In this document: in pieces, positions 38,602 to 49,103 of the stretch | Layout: each line of letters begins with the position of its first letter | Position numbering within the stretch: position 1 is the stretch's first letter | Source: Cyclobacteriaceae bacterium | GTDB taxonomy: Bacteria > Bacteroidota > Bacteroidia > Cytophagales > Cyclobacteriaceae | DNA: 64,000 bases | Reading direction: 5' to 3' | Assembly: GCA_039810905.1 (NCBI GenBank) | Contig: JBDHXU010000004.1 | Span: forward strand, 1,921-65,920 | Program-made: the position numbers and the translations under genes | The notes under the pieces: generated by a model | What the model saw: the letters and a program-made list of their open reading frames with translations, nothing else | Databases searched by the model: none | Told to the model about the DNA's origin: nothing

Positions 38602-40077
38602 TTAAAACGCAAAGTTAAGCCTATTCAACCACAGGGTCAAAAGTGACGGGTATGCGAATAGGAGTAGCAGCAAAGATGCAAGAATGATCCCCAGAATGCC
38701 ATAGGTCATGGGTCGGTGTTTGCCAGTGCCTTCATGACGGACGGCCTGGAAATATAATGCATAGGGTATCTTCATATAAAAGAACAAGGAAAGTACTGTC
38801 CCCAGCAGGCCAACCAAAAGGAGGATCAACAGGATGCCCTTTCCTCCTGCCTGGTATTCATTGAAGATCGTGGCAAAAACAAGAAACTTCGCCATAAACC
38901 CTCCGGCAGGGGGCAGACCAACGAGTGACACCAGGCCAAATGTCAGGAGAATTCCCGCCAGCACATTTTGCTGACCCCGTCCGCTGTAATCGCGGATAAG
39001 TTGCATGCCATATCGCTCTTCATAGTGATCCAGCATTCCGAATACAAGATAATTTGCGACCAGAAGAGCTACAGCGTAGAAGATACATTGTTGAATGCCT
39101 TGAGGGGCAAACGTAGCAATGCCTGCCAGTAGGAACCCGGCTTGGGATACGGATGAGTATGCCATAAGCCTGCGCACATGCTGTTGTCCCAGGGCCGCCA
39201 GGTTGCCGATAATGATCGTGGCGATTGCCAATGCGCAAAGTATCCATTGCCAGCTGGCATAGGATTGTCCAAACAAATGGAGTGCTACACTTAATCTGAC
39301 GATGGCAGCCATACCGGCAACCTTGGGTACCACTGAAAAAAGAGCAACTACCGGAGTAGGAGACGCCTCATAAATATCAGGAGCCCACCAATGAAATGGA
39401 ACGACGGCCATCTTGAAGAGCAGGGCAGCAAGAATCATAAGGCCTGCTGTGACAGTCAATGGTCCTGGGTGATTGAACAAGCCCTCAGCGAAAGACTGGG
39501 AGGAGAAAACCAGTGTACCGGTTATGCCGAATAACAGGGATATTCCAAAAATTGCTACGCCCGTCAGGGCCGCTCCAAAAAGAAAATATTTAAGACTGCT
39601 TTCAGCGGCATGGCGGTCAAGTCTGAACGAAGCCAATACATAGGAAGATATGGAAATAAGCTCCAGGCTCAAGATCATCATCAGAAAGTTCATGCTCATG
39701 GCGAGCAAGGTGCTTCCCAGGCATACAGAGAGAATAAGCATAAAGTATTCCGCAGTGTAAATGGGCCTTGATGACGAACGTCCCATCCAGACACTCAGGA
39801 GTCCTCCGATAAGAATAATGACCTTGATGGAAGAGGCAAATTGATCCCATCGCAACATATTAACCATGAGGACAAGAGATCGCTGCGGCCATTCTGCAAT
39901 GACCAAAGCCAATGCAACGAGTAGGGCCAATGATGATAGCCACCGGAAGATTGCATGAGAGGGTCGGCGAATGAAAGAGCTAAAAAACAACAAAAGGACT
40001 CCCGTGGAAAGCACCAACTCTGGATGAAGGAAAGAAAGACTATCCAAAACCCATTGAACTTTGTCATTCCATTGCAT
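38602..40077 (-). CDS. nuoN: NADH-quinone oxidoreductase subunit N
   Basis: ESSLKYF, FKMAVVPFHWWAPDIYE and RLMAYSS motifs. Confidence 0.92.
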   Translation of the reverse strand: MQWNDKVQWVLDSLSFLHPELVLSTGVLLLFFSSFIRRPSHAIFRWLSSLALLVALALVIAEWPQRSLVLMVNMLRWDQFASSIKVIILIGGLLSVWMGRSSSRPIYTAEYFMLILSVCLGSTLLAMSMNFLMMILSLELISISSYVLASFRLDRHAAESSLKYFLFGAALTGVAIFGISLLFGITGTLVFSSQSFAEGLFNHPGPLTVTAGLMILAALLFKMAVVPFHWWAPDIYEASPTPVVALFSVVPKVAGMAAIVRLSVALHLFGQSYASWQWILCALAIATIIIGNLAALGQQHVRRLMAYSSVSQAGFLLAGIATFAPQGIQQCIFYAVALLVANYLVFGMLDHYEERYGMQLIRDYSGRGQQNVLAGILLTFGLVSLVGLPPAGGFMAKFLVFATIFNEYQAGGKGILLILLLVGLLGTVLSLFFYMKIPYALYFQAVRHEGTGKHRPMTYGILGIILASLLLLLFAYPSLLTLWLNRLNFAF

Positions 40078-40083
40078 GGTCTC

Positions 40084-41673
40084 TCAGTTCAGGTATGACG
40101 AAACTTGATTGGACCAGGCACTTGCAAAAGTGTTGATGTACTGAAGTAGCGTCTGAGGGAATATTCCAAGCAGAAGCGCCAAGAGAACCAAAGGGACAAG
40201 CATGAGTATCTCCCGCCTGTCCAAATCGGACAATTGGTCTTTTGTCGTGAGTATTTTGGTTCCGAATGGGCCAAGGAACATTCGTTGATAGGTCCAGATA
40301 AAATAAGCCGCACCCAACAACAATCCGAAGGTGGCTGCAAATCCCATCCATTGCGGCACATAATCAGGCAGACGAGTTTGATCAAAAGCACCGGTAAGAA
40401 CAAGCCATTCAGCAATAAATCCTGAAAATGCAGGCAGACCTAAAGAGGCCATGCAGGTAACCAAAACGATCGCGCCATATTTTGGCATCTTGATCGAAAG
40501 CCCAGAATAGTTGCTGATGGTCCGGTCTAAGGTCCGGTCATACAACACGCCGGCCAGCAGGAACAAGAGTGTGGTCAAAATACCGTGGCTCACCAATTGA
40601 AAAACCGCTCCGCTTAATCCTATCTCGTTGAAGGAGGCAACTCCCAGCAAGACAAACCCCATATGGGAAACGGAGGAATAGGCAATCAGCCGTTTGAAGT
40701 CCTTGCTTGCCATTGCATTGAGGGCGCCATAAATGATACTAATGACAGCCAACAAACCAAGGACTGTGCTGGATGCCGCTGCTTCGCCTGGAAAAATGGG
40801 AAGCGTAAACCTGATTATTCCGTAGGCACCTACTTTCAGCACCAATGCGGCAAGTACAACTGAAACAGGTGTCGGTGCCTCAACATGGGCATCAGGGAGC
40901 CAGGTGTGGAAAGGCACCGACGGAAGTTTGATGGCGAATCCAACAAACAACAGAGTAAAAACCCACATCCTTGCTGTGAGAGGGCCCCAACTGTAGGCGC
41001 GGCCTCCATCAAGAAAAGAGTCAACAATGGTATTGGACTTGTTTTGGAGTTCAAGAATGTTGAATGTATGTATCAGGTCGGCGCTTCCCGGGCTCCTGAA
41101 GGAAATATGGATAATGATGATTCCAACCAATATCAAAATGGAGCCAAAGAATGTGTAGAGAAAAAATTTAACAGCAGCATATTCCCTGCGGGAACCACCC
41201 CACATGCCTACCAAGAAATAAAGTGGCAGAAGCATGAACTCAAAGAAGAGGAAAAATAAAAGCAGATCAAGGGCAGTGAAAGCACCTATAACAGCTGCAT
41301 CCAGTAGCATAAGCAATACAAAATAAGACTTGATCTTGTTTGTAATCTTGAAACTGGAAAGAACTGCAATAAACATTACAACTACTGAGAGTGCGATCAA
41401 GGGGGCACTCATCCCATCTACAGCCAGCAGGTAATCGGCATGGACTCGTTCGCCTGGTCGCAACACCACGTCTATCCAGGGATAATGCTCCGTCAATTGC
41501 ATGCCAGGCTTATCGGGAATGTAACGAAACCATCCGGCGCCCAGAATCATGAGTTGAATTGAAACTGTAACAAGGGAAAACATTCGGAAAGAATTCGGCC
41601 TGGACGCGGGTAACGCCAGCATGATGATCGCCGTGACTACGGGAACTAGTATAAGCAGGCTCAGCAATCCCAT
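40084..41673 (-). CDS. nuoM: NADH-quinone oxidoreductase subunit M
   Basis: FFEFMLLP, KLPSVPFHTWLPDAHVEAP and KRLIAYSSVSHMG motifs. Confidence 0.94.
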   Translation of the reverse strand: MGLLSLLILVPVVTAIIMLALPASRPNSFRMFSLVTVSIQLMILGAGWFRYIPDKPGMQLTEHYPWIDVVLRPGERVHADYLLAVDGMSAPLIALSVVVMFIAVLSSFKITNKIKSYFVLLMLLDAAVIGAFTALDLLLFFLFFEFMLLPLYFLVGMWGGSRREYAAVKFFLYTFFGSILILVGIIIIHISFRSPGSADLIHTFNILELQNKSNTIVDSFLDGGRAYSWGPLTARMWVFTLLFVGFAIKLPSVPFHTWLPDAHVEAPTPVSVVLAALVLKVGAYGIIRFTLPIFPGEAAASSTVLGLLAVISIIYGALNAMASKDFKRLIAYSSVSHMGFVLLGVASFNEIGLSGAVFQLVSHGILTTLLFLLAGVLYDRTLDRTISNYSGLSIKMPKYGAIVLVTCMASLGLPAFSGFIAEWLVLTGAFDQTRLPDYVPQWMGFAATFGLLLGAAYFIWTYQRMFLGPFGTKILTTKDQLSDLDRREILMLVPLVLLALLLGIFPQTLLQYINTFASAWSNQVSSYLN

Positions 41674-41692
41674 CCTCTTTTTCTTCTTCTGG

Positions 41693-43525
41693 TCAGGCTA
41701 TTATCCAAATGATAAAAATAACAAGCATGAGGAAAGCCCAAAGGATATAAGATTGAATTTTCCCCCTGGTAAACAACCTCAGACTGTCCCCGGAGACAAT
41801 GATTATTTCCGTGATAGCGGTTATTATCCCGTCTACAACGAATTTATCTATCCATCCTGTAAAAAGGGCCCAGGCAACTTGCACATAAGCTATGAAATGA
41901 ATTACCGGGTTGATCAACCGATGATCCGTCCAATATGCAACCATGGACAAGCCCATCAAAGGTCTGTAACCCAAATTCCTGTAAAGCACATCCAAACCGA
42001 AATTGTCTTCCTCACCGCTGAATCCAGGCACAGTGGATTGCCTCCGAAACCAGAGGAAGGCCGCTGCAGCGCTTGAGATTGTTAGCCCCAGTGTTACATA
42101 TGTCATCATGCCTGGCTGAAAATGATGGATCTCATCCAACGATTTCATGAGTGCACCGGAAAAATCAAATGGCGACCAACTGACACTAATCCACAAACAG
42201 CCCGCAGATAATATTGCAATAGGCACCGTCATCAGTGCATCAGGTTTTACGGCCGGCGTTGGCCACGAGGAATTTGCCAGGAGAAAGTAGATAAGTCTTG
42301 CACTGTAAACCGTAGTTAGGAGGGTGACGGCTTGGGCCGACCAAAGAGGCCACCCATTATGAAGACTCTCAATAATTGTTTCCTTTGAAATGAAGCCTGC
42401 TGTCAATGGCAAACCAATCATGGAGGCGGCACCCAGGAGCAAAGGAATGGTGAGAAAGGGGGATTTTACCTGCCCGATCTTTCGGATATCCTGTTCGTGT
42501 GTTTGATGAATGATAACACCAGCTGACAGGAAGAGCAAGGCTTTGAAAATTGCATGCGTGTAAAGATGGAGCATGGCCGCACCAGATGTTCCGGCAGTAG
42601 CCCCAATTAGCATGAAACCCAATTGCGAGATGGTTGAGAAAGCAAGGATTCTCTTGAGATCATAAGATATCAGTGCCCCCAATCCACCAACCAGTCCGGT
42701 GATGCATCCGATAAGTGATGCCACCAGTAGTACTTCAGCTGGCATAAGCAGGTGTATCCTGATAATAAAATAGATGCCAGCTGCTACCATGGTCGCAGCG
42801 TGGATAAGTGCGGAAACAGGGGTCGGCCCTTCCATGGCGTTGGTCAGCCAGGTAAGAAAAGGGATTTGTGCAGACTTGGCCATTATTCCCGCTAATAGTA
42901 AAAGTCCTGCAGAAACTGCAATTGTTCCCTGTCCACCGAGTTCAGATAAATCCAAAGTTCCTTTATCAATGCCTATTAAAACAATTCCAGACAGCATTAA
43001 CAGATCACCAATCTGGTTCATAAAAAATGCAGATGTTGCTGCCCGCACAGCTCTCGGATTTTCAGACCAGTATCCAATCAGAAGAAAGGAAGAGAAACTT
43101 ACCAGTTCCCAGAAAAGGAAGAGTTGAATCAGGCTGGACGAAAACACAATGCCCGTCATAGAACCGGTAAAGATCCCCAGTCGCCCGTAATACGACACCT
43201 GCATCCTCTCATTTTTCATGTATGAAATTGAGTATAGGTGAACGCAAAACGAAATGAACATCACCAGTACATTCATCAGTATCGATCCCGTATTGATGAG
43301 AATTCCGGCAGACCATTGAGTGATGCCTGTCTGGAACCATGGCCAGTGTATATGAGTTGGGTTCATCCAACTTTGAAAGGCCAGAAGAATTGAAGATAAC
43401 ATTGCCGCACCTGTAAACACGGTGGCAAGCCGGCCTGCCATTCGGCTGTTTTGAGGCAGCATGGTAACGATCAAGGCACCAGCAAAAGGCAGCATGAATG
43501 AAAACAGTGCGAATCTTATGGCCAT
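41693..43525 (-). CDS. nuoL: NADH-quinone oxidoreductase subunit L
   Basis: FWELV, KSAQIP, AMEGPTPVSALIHAATMV and LAFSTISQLG motifs. Confidence 0.94.
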   Translation of the reverse strand: MAIRFALFSFMLPFAGALIVTMLPQNSRMAGRLATVFTGAAMLSSILLAFQSWMNPTHIHWPWFQTGITQWSAGILINTGSILMNVLVMFISFCVHLYSISYMKNERMQVSYYGRLGIFTGSMTGIVFSSSLIQLFLFWELVSFSSFLLIGYWSENPRAVRAATSAFFMNQIGDLLMLSGIVLIGIDKGTLDLSELGGQGTIAVSAGLLLLAGIMAKSAQIPFLTWLTNAMEGPTPVSALIHAATMVAAGIYFIIRIHLLMPAEVLLVASLIGCITGLVGGLGALISYDLKRILAFSTISQLGFMLIGATAGTSGAAMLHLYTHAIFKALLFLSAGVIIHQTHEQDIRKIGQVKSPFLTIPLLLGAASMIGLPLTAGFISKETIIESLHNGWPLWSAQAVTLLTTVYSARLIYFLLANSSWPTPAVKPDALMTVPIAILSAGCLWISVSWSPFDFSGALMKSLDEIHHFQPGMMTYVTLGLTISSAAAAFLWFRRQSTVPGFSGEEDNFGLDVLYRNLGYRPLMGLSMVAYWTDHRLINPVIHFIAYVQVAWALFTGWIDKFVVDGIITAITEIIIVSGDSLRLFTRGKIQSYILWAFLMLVIFIIWIIA

Positions 43526-43539
43526 GGAAGCGTGTTCAA

Positions 43540-43845
43540 TTAAATTCTTTCACGGAGTTCGCTGATTTGGTCCGGTAGCGAGGTTTGATAGAAGTGATAG
43601 GCCCTCATCATAATGGCTAGCCCAACTGCCGCTTCGCACACGGCAACCACAATCACAAAAACGGCGAACATGGCACCGTCAGGCTGAGACCCTTGTGAAT
43701 TAAAATAAACCAGATTGACGTTGGCGGCATTGAGCATGAGTTCTGTTCCTACCAGCATGAGCAGCGTGTTTCGCTTTACTATTACCAGGCAAATTCCTAC
43801 GCAGAATAGCCAGGCTGCAAAATAGAGAAGGGCATCAGGGCTCAT
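43540..43845 (-). CDS. nuoK: NADH-quinone oxidoreductase subunit K
   Basis: ELMLNAAN and AVCEAAVGLAI motifs; start placed at ATG 43845. Confidence 0.93.
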   Translation of the reverse strand: MSPDALLYFAAWLFCVGICLVIVKRNTLLMLVGTELMLNAANVNLVYFNSQGSQPDGAMFAVFVIVVAVCEAAVGLAIMMRAYHFYQTSLPDQISELRERI

Positions 43846-44335
43846 GTCTTCTGAAATTGGTGGCCGCAATAATGGCTGCTCCTGCCAGGCTGATGAGCAG
43901 CAAGATAGCGGAGAATTCAAATGGCGCCGCAAAGTCGGTCAATAAAGAGATGCCAATTGCTGGATATAGAATGACGCCCGATGGATGCACGGGGTCGAGG
44001 TCCCGGTAGCAAAGTATCAGAAGTGCCAACAAACTTACGCTTCCGATTAAGCCACCGACGAGATTGTGGCTGCTGATATTCAAGGGTCTGTTTGAAAGCC
44101 TTGAAGTGAGCATGATGCCAAAAATCAGAAGGATGACAACTCCTCCGGCATAAACCAGAATCTGAGTGATGCCTACAAATTCGGCGCCCAAAAGTATATA
44201 TATGGCTGCTGTGGAGAGCAGGGTCGCCAGCAGCATCAACACGGCATGGAAAATGTTCCGGGTGAAAAGGATTGCAGCGGCTGAGATGCCCCCGACCATC
44301 ATAAAAAAATACAACCCTGCCTGCCCGATACTCAT
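43835..44335 (-). CDS. nuoJ: NADH-quinone oxidoreductase subunit J
   Basis: AEFVGITQILVYAGGV and PFEFSAILLL motifs. Confidence 0.93.
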   Translation of the reverse strand: MSIGQAGLYFFMMVGGISAAAILFTRNIFHAVLMLLATLLSTAAIYILLGAEFVGITQILVYAGGVVILLIFGIMLTSRLSNRPLNISSHNLVGGLIGSVSLLALLILCYRDLDPVHPSGVILYPAIGISLLTDFAAPFEFSAILLLISLAGAAIIAATNFRRHEP

Positions 44336-44967
44336 GATCCCTGGGGTGGCTGGATTTTGGGCTTGAAACCGGTCCGCAGTACCGGTTTCGGCTGTTCTGC
44401 AGTTGTGGCGGAAGCTGTTGTTTTCTGCTCAATATGCTCTTCCCACTCTTTCCTTTTGAGCGCAATATCCGCCTCGCTCATATTGCCAAACCCGACAAGG
44501 TGGTCAATGATATTGAAAGTTGAGTAGTCATAGTCCGGGGTCATCGTCAGACATTCGGTTGGACAAACGGTTGTGCAGAGACCGCAGAAACAGCATTTGG
44601 CCATATCGATATCAAATCGCGAAGCATAGATCCGCTTGGGCGTGCCATCTGAAGTTCTGCCAAATTCCTCTGCAGAACGGATCGCCTCAATGCTTATGCA
44701 GTTGACCGGGCAAATCTTGGCGCACTTGTCGCAGACAATGCAATCATCGATTTCGTTATGGAGTTTATAACGTCCTGTTTCCGGCACTGGAATCTGTTCA
44801 TGCGGAAATTCTATCGTGGCGATTCCGTTTTGGCCAGTGAAGTATCCGGAATCCATGATGCGAATGCTGGCGCGGCGTCGGGCTGCTCCCGAAAAATGTC
44901 TCAAAGTAAGACTCAAACCCTTCACCAGGGAAGACCAGGCAGAGGAAATATGACTCACTGTGCTCAC
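44332..44967 (-). CDS. nuoI: NADH-quinone oxidoreductase subunit I (2x[4Fe-4S]; start uncertain, 44958-44985)
   Basis: CIVCDKCAKICP and CCFCGLCTTVCP motifs; directly upstream of nuoJ. Confidence 0.9.
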   Translation of the reverse strand: MSTVSHISSAWSSLVKGLSLTLRHFSGAARRRASIRIMDSGYFTGQNGIATIEFPHEQIPVPETGRYKLHNEIDDCIVCDKCAKICPVNCISIEAIRSAEEFGRTSDGTPKRIYASRFDIDMAKCCFCGLCTTVCPTECLTMTPDYDYSTFNIIDHLVGFGNMSEADIALKRKEWEEHIEQKTTASATTAEQPKPVLRTGFKPKIQPPQGS

Positions 44968-44972
44968 AAGGA

Positions 44973-44980
44973 CAAAAATA
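44973..44980 (-). promoter_or_regulatory. Candidate -7 promoter element (TATTTTTG) directly before nuoI
   Basis: Exact TAnnTTTG on the minus strand between the kinase gene and the nuoI GTG codons. Confidence 0.45.
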
Positions 44981-45031
44981 GTCAATTAAGGTCGGTCAGC
45001 GTGTCAGGGCTGACTGTGCGTCTTGGTACTT

Positions 45032-47068
45032 CTAAACTGCCCGGGGGAGGGTGAAATAGAATGTTGATCCCTTCTCAGGTACGCTTTCAAGCCAGATTCG
45101 ACCGCCGTTCTTTTCAACAAATTCTTTGCTGAGTATAAGGCCAAGTCCTGTACCCTTTTCATTTGCGGTTCCGCGTGTACTGTATCCGCTGGTCTTTTCG
45201 AAAATCGTCTTCTGAATCTCCGGCCTGATGCCGATGCCGGTGTCGGCGACAGCTATTGTTATTTCTCTTTCACCTCTGATTGCGGATACTTCTATGCGGC
45301 CGCCTGACTGGGTAAACTTGATGGCATTAAGTATGAGATTCCGCAGCACGAGGTTCAAAATATTGGAGTCTGCAAATCCCTCGATTCCGGGATCCACATT
45401 ATTCTCCATCGTGATATTTTTTGGGAAGAGTTCATTAAGGGCCTTGAAACTTTCTGTCACTTTTTGTGAAATCACAATCCGCTCTGGTTGAATCTTCAAC
45501 TTGTCCATTTGCAGCAAAGTCCAGTCGAGAAGGTTATTGATCAGTGTTCTCGTATGATTGAACTGACTTCGAAGCGTCTTGCTGAGGGCGCGGAATTCAT
45601 CTGGCGAGATGTGTTGCTGCTCCAGCAGATCAAGAGTTGCTCCGAGTGCATTCATGGGTGACCGAAGATCATGAGAAATGATGGAGAAGAATTTGTCCTT
45701 CACTTCGTTCAATTGCTCCAGATCTGCAGAGCGACGCTTGATTTCCTGCTGATGTTCCAGTAGCAGTTTGTTAATTCTTTTCCTGCGGCTTCCGCTGCGA
45801 TACACGGTAAACAGGAGAATGACAACCAATGCAATGACAATTACCAAAACGTTTTGAATCAGTTCCTGCCTCCTGATTTCATTGGTCTGCTGCATTCTGA
45901 GCTGACTCAGGGTCGCAATTTCAGTGTCCTTGTTGGCCGTTTCGAACCTGACCTGGTCCTGGAAAAGTTTCTCAATGGATGACTCGCTGAAGAGGTTTTC
46001 CTTGAGCGATTCATAGTTCTGAAGATAAGCCAGCGCCCTTTCATATTCCTTACGGGCTTGATAAGACTTGCTTAATTCTTTATAACATTCCAGCTCAAGG
46101 TTTTGTGAATTCATTTCTTTGGCTATCTGGAGGCTCTCCAGGTAAAGCTGAAGAGCTGCGTCCTCCCGGCCGGAGGTACTGAGTACTTTTCCACGACCCA
46201 ACTTGCCCTGGGCAAGCCCGTACCGGTTATTGACTGCCGTACATTGGGTTTCAACTGAATCATAATAGGCGAGTGCCTTGCTATAATCCTTCTGGTCGGC
46301 GTAAAGTTGGGCCAGGGTAGTCATGATGCGGGGAATCAACAACCGGATTTTCATCAACTTCGACTCCCTGAGGCCGATCTGAAGAACTTCTTCTGCTTTT
46401 GCAAAGTCACCCTTTCTCCTGTATACCTCGCCCATTTCTGAATAGGAGTAAGGTTCTCCTTCCTTGTCATTGAGTTTCTTGCTCAGCTCCATAGAAACAG
46501 TCAGATGCGAGAGCGCAATATCATACTGACCAAGTTCCGTAAACACGCTGCCCATGTTGTGCAAAGCTATTGCCATGATAAGCGAATCACCATGCGTAGC
46601 AACCCTGTGACTACTTTTGGCAATGGTATAGCTCTTTGTCAGGGTTGCATAGGCATCTGAATAGGCTCCCAGGAACCTGTAATCCTGACCCACATCATTC
46701 ATGGAGCGGGCAAGTTCAGTGCTATCTCCAAGGGTTCCGTACAAGTTGACACATTCCTGATCTAATCGCAGGGCGTCCGCAAAGTCACCCTCAGTGGACT
46801 CAAGGGTTCCCAGCCTGAACTTTATTTTGGCGTAAGCCCATGGCTTGTCAATCTTCTCAGCGAGTCGCGATGCTTCGTCGGCATAAACCCTGGCCTTCTG
46901 GAAATCATAGAATTCAGAAGCTTCTGAGATCCGGATAAAGGTCACGAATCGTGATGAATCACTCTGAGGACCTTGCAACGATTTGAGCAAGCTATCAAGC
47001 TCGGTTTGTGCCTGAATCAGCAACGGGTTCAGAACCAGAATCGTGAGTATGATGACAAGCCTTCTCAT
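45032..47068 (-). CDS. TPR-repeat periplasmic sensor histidine kinase
   Basis: Signal peptide, TPR-like repeats, one TM helix, SHDLRSP H-box, and NAIKF, DTGIG, GTGLGL motifs. Confidence 0.93.
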   Translation of the reverse strand: MRRLVIILTILVLNPLLIQAQTELDSLLKSLQGPQSDSSRFVTFIRISEASEFYDFQKARVYADEASRLAEKIDKPWAYAKIKFRLGTLESTEGDFADALRLDQECVNLYGTLGDSTELARSMNDVGQDYRFLGAYSDAYATLTKSYTIAKSSHRVATHGDSLIMAIALHNMGSVFTELGQYDIALSHLTVSMELSKKLNDKEGEPYSYSEMGEVYRRKGDFAKAEEVLQIGLRESKLMKIRLLIPRIMTTLAQLYADQKDYSKALAYYDSVETQCTAVNNRYGLAQGKLGRGKVLSTSGREDAALQLYLESLQIAKEMNSQNLELECYKELSKSYQARKEYERALAYLQNYESLKENLFSESSIEKLFQDQVRFETANKDTEIATLSQLRMQQTNEIRRQELIQNVLVIVIALVVILLFTVYRSGSRRKRINKLLLEHQQEIKRRSADLEQLNEVKDKFFSIISHDLRSPMNALGATLDLLEQQHISPDEFRALSKTLRSQFNHTRTLINNLLDWTLLQMDKLKIQPERIVISQKVTESFKALNELFPKNITMENNVDPGIEGFADSNILNLVLRNLILNAIKFTQSGGRIEVSAIRGEREITIAVADTGIGIRPEIQKTIFEKTSGYSTRGTANEKGTGLGLILSKEFVEKNGGRIWLESVPEKGSTFYFTLPRAV

Positions 47069-47069
47069 T

Positions 47070-48131
47070 TCATCCGATGGTCAATTTCCATACAGCAGTG
47101 AAAAGCAGAAGTGCCAATGAAGAAGGGGTGAGCCACTTCCAACTGAAGGCTGTCAGTTGATCGACCCTTACGCGAGGGTAAGTCCATCGAATCCAAATCT
47201 GAACGAAAACAAGAGCAAGTGATTTGAAGCTTAGCCAGAATATTCCCCATAGCTTTCCGTCAGTCCATTCCGCGAGCCTGGCGGACCCGATGTTCGGCAA
47301 GGGTGTATTCCAGCTTCCAAGGAAGAGTACTACAGTCAGGATACTGATGAGGAGCATCATGGCATATTCAGACAACATGATGATCGCCCACCGAAAGCCT
47401 GAGTATTCAGTCTGGAAACCAGCCACCAACTCGGATTCGGCTTCCGGCAGATCAAAAGGCGCCCGATTACACTCGGCCAATCCGGCTATGAAGAATATCA
47501 ATGCAGCCGGCAACATAAAGGGATGATGAAAGATATTCCATGACAGGAACCCACCTACCGGGGTTGCGTCTATGGCCCGAATACCCCATAGAAAAGAGGG
47601 ACTGTCATGATGTATGCCTTGCTGAATGGAAATGGTCTGCAAGTCCAGGGTGCCGGCTTCAACCACAACACATAATATGGTAAGTCCAAGAGGAACTTCG
47701 TAAGAGACAAATTGTGCTGCCGCCCTGAGTGTCCCCAAGGCCGCATATTTATTGTGTGAGCTCCATCCTGCCATCAGAATGCCAACAGCATCAAGGGCAA
47801 CAAAAGAAACCAGGAAGAATATGCCGGAGGAAATGCCAGAGCCGGACAAATTCATCGATAGAGGCAATACGGAGAATCCCGTGAAGACTGCAACGAAGAT
47901 AAAGACTGGGGCAGTCCGAAACAGCAGTCGGTCTGCCTGTCGATTTACTATATCCTCTTTTTGGAGCAGTTTTAGCAGGTCGGCAACCGTTTGGAGCAGC
48001 CCATAGTGGCCAACTTCCATGGGACCGAGTCGGTCCTGAATAAAAGCAGAGACTTTTCGCTCTGCATACACGACGAGGATCGTATACAAGAGGAGGAAAG
48101 CTAGAATAAATATGAAGGTCTCAGGAAACAT
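47070..48131 (-). CDS. nuoH: NADH-quinone oxidoreductase subunit H
   Basis: AERKVSAFIQDRLGP, SYEVP and NRAPFDLPEAESELVAGFQTEYSG motifs. Confidence 0.96.
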   Translation of the reverse strand: MFPETFIFILAFLLLYTILVVYAERKVSAFIQDRLGPMEVGHYGLLQTVADLLKLLQKEDIVNRQADRLLFRTAPVFIFVAVFTGFSVLPLSMNLSGSGISSGIFFLVSFVALDAVGILMAGWSSHNKYAALGTLRAAAQFVSYEVPLGLTILCVVVEAGTLDLQTISIQQGIHHDSPSFLWGIRAIDATPVGGFLSWNIFHHPFMLPAALIFFIAGLAECNRAPFDLPEAESELVAGFQTEYSGFRWAIIMLSEYAMMLLISILTVVLFLGSWNTPLPNIGSARLAEWTDGKLWGIFWLSFKSLALVFVQIWIRWTYPRVRVDQLTAFSWKWLTPSSLALLLFTAVWKLTIG

Positions 48132-48206
48132 CCTGCAAAATTGATTCTTTGGAGTGAACTAAAATCTTTAAAAAAGATCAAAATCCTACACGGATAGGTG
48201 AATTAA

Positions 48207-49022
48207 TTATGTCCATAGATCGTGTCTTTCGAGGTGAACGGCTTCATGGAAAAATACCTTGGTGGAAGCCTCGAAGGAATCGGTAAAATCTGAAACCATG
48301 AAATGATCCATGACGCCCTTATGGGGGTTAAGAAGATCATTATCAGCCAAATAAGTATTCAGCGAGGCCGCTACCACTTGCGAAGAATCGAGAATATCCT
48401 TCCGGTCTTGGTAAAACTCTCCTATCTCTTTCCGGATCAGTGGGTAGTGCGTACAGCCGAGAATCAATGCATCGATGTTGGCGAGCATTGGGTCACTTAA
48501 ATACGCCTCAATGATATCATGGCTGATGCGATTGTTAAAATAGCCCTCTTCAATCATGGGCACCAGCATGGGGGTGGCCAATGAACAAAGGGTGATGTTG
48601 CGTCCAGACTCCTCTATCTTTCGCTTGTAAACTCCCGACTGAACGGTGCGTTTGGTCCCAATCAGTCCGATCCTTTTGTTTGCATAATGTTCAACAACAT
48701 AGTCCACCATGGGATCAATGACGTTAATAATGCGAACGTCTTTATGCACATATTCTTTCAGTAACTCATAAGCAGCCGAACTTGCAGAGTTGCACGCCAT
48801 CACAATCACTTTGCAACCTTTGCTAAGCAACAGGTCGGCGATGCGTATGGAATAGGCCTGAATGGCCGCTTCTGACTTGTCACCATAAGGGAGGTGTGCA
48901 GTGTCTCCAAAATAGATGAGACTCTCATTTGGCATCATTTGGCGAATGGCATGCGCAACCGTCAGACCGCCGATACCGCTGTCAAAAATTCCGACCGGCT
49001 GCTCTCTGTGAACAAGGCCCAT
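48207..49022 (-). CDS. murI: Glutamate racemase
   Basis: FDSGIGGLTV, PYGDKS, ACNSAS and LGCTHYP motifs. Confidence 0.96.
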   Translation of the reverse strand: MGLVHREQPVGIFDSGIGGLTVAHAIRQMMPNESLIYFGDTAHLPYGDKSEAAIQAYSIRIADLLLSKGCKVIVMACNSASSAAYELLKEYVHKDVRIINVIDPMVDYVVEHYANKRIGLIGTKRTVQSGVYKRKIEESGRNITLCSLATPMLVPMIEEGYFNNRISHDIIEAYLSDPMLANIDALILGCTHYPLIRKEIGEFYQDRKDILDSSQVVAASLNTYLADNDLLNPHKGVMDHFMVSDFTDSFEASTKVFFHEAVHLERHDLWT

Positions 49023-49103
49023 GTCCGCAAATTCAGCATTTCAGTGGAAGTTTCCGCTAAGATTCAATTTTGTATTATTGTGTTCTAATTAACCTTAATA
49101 CTT

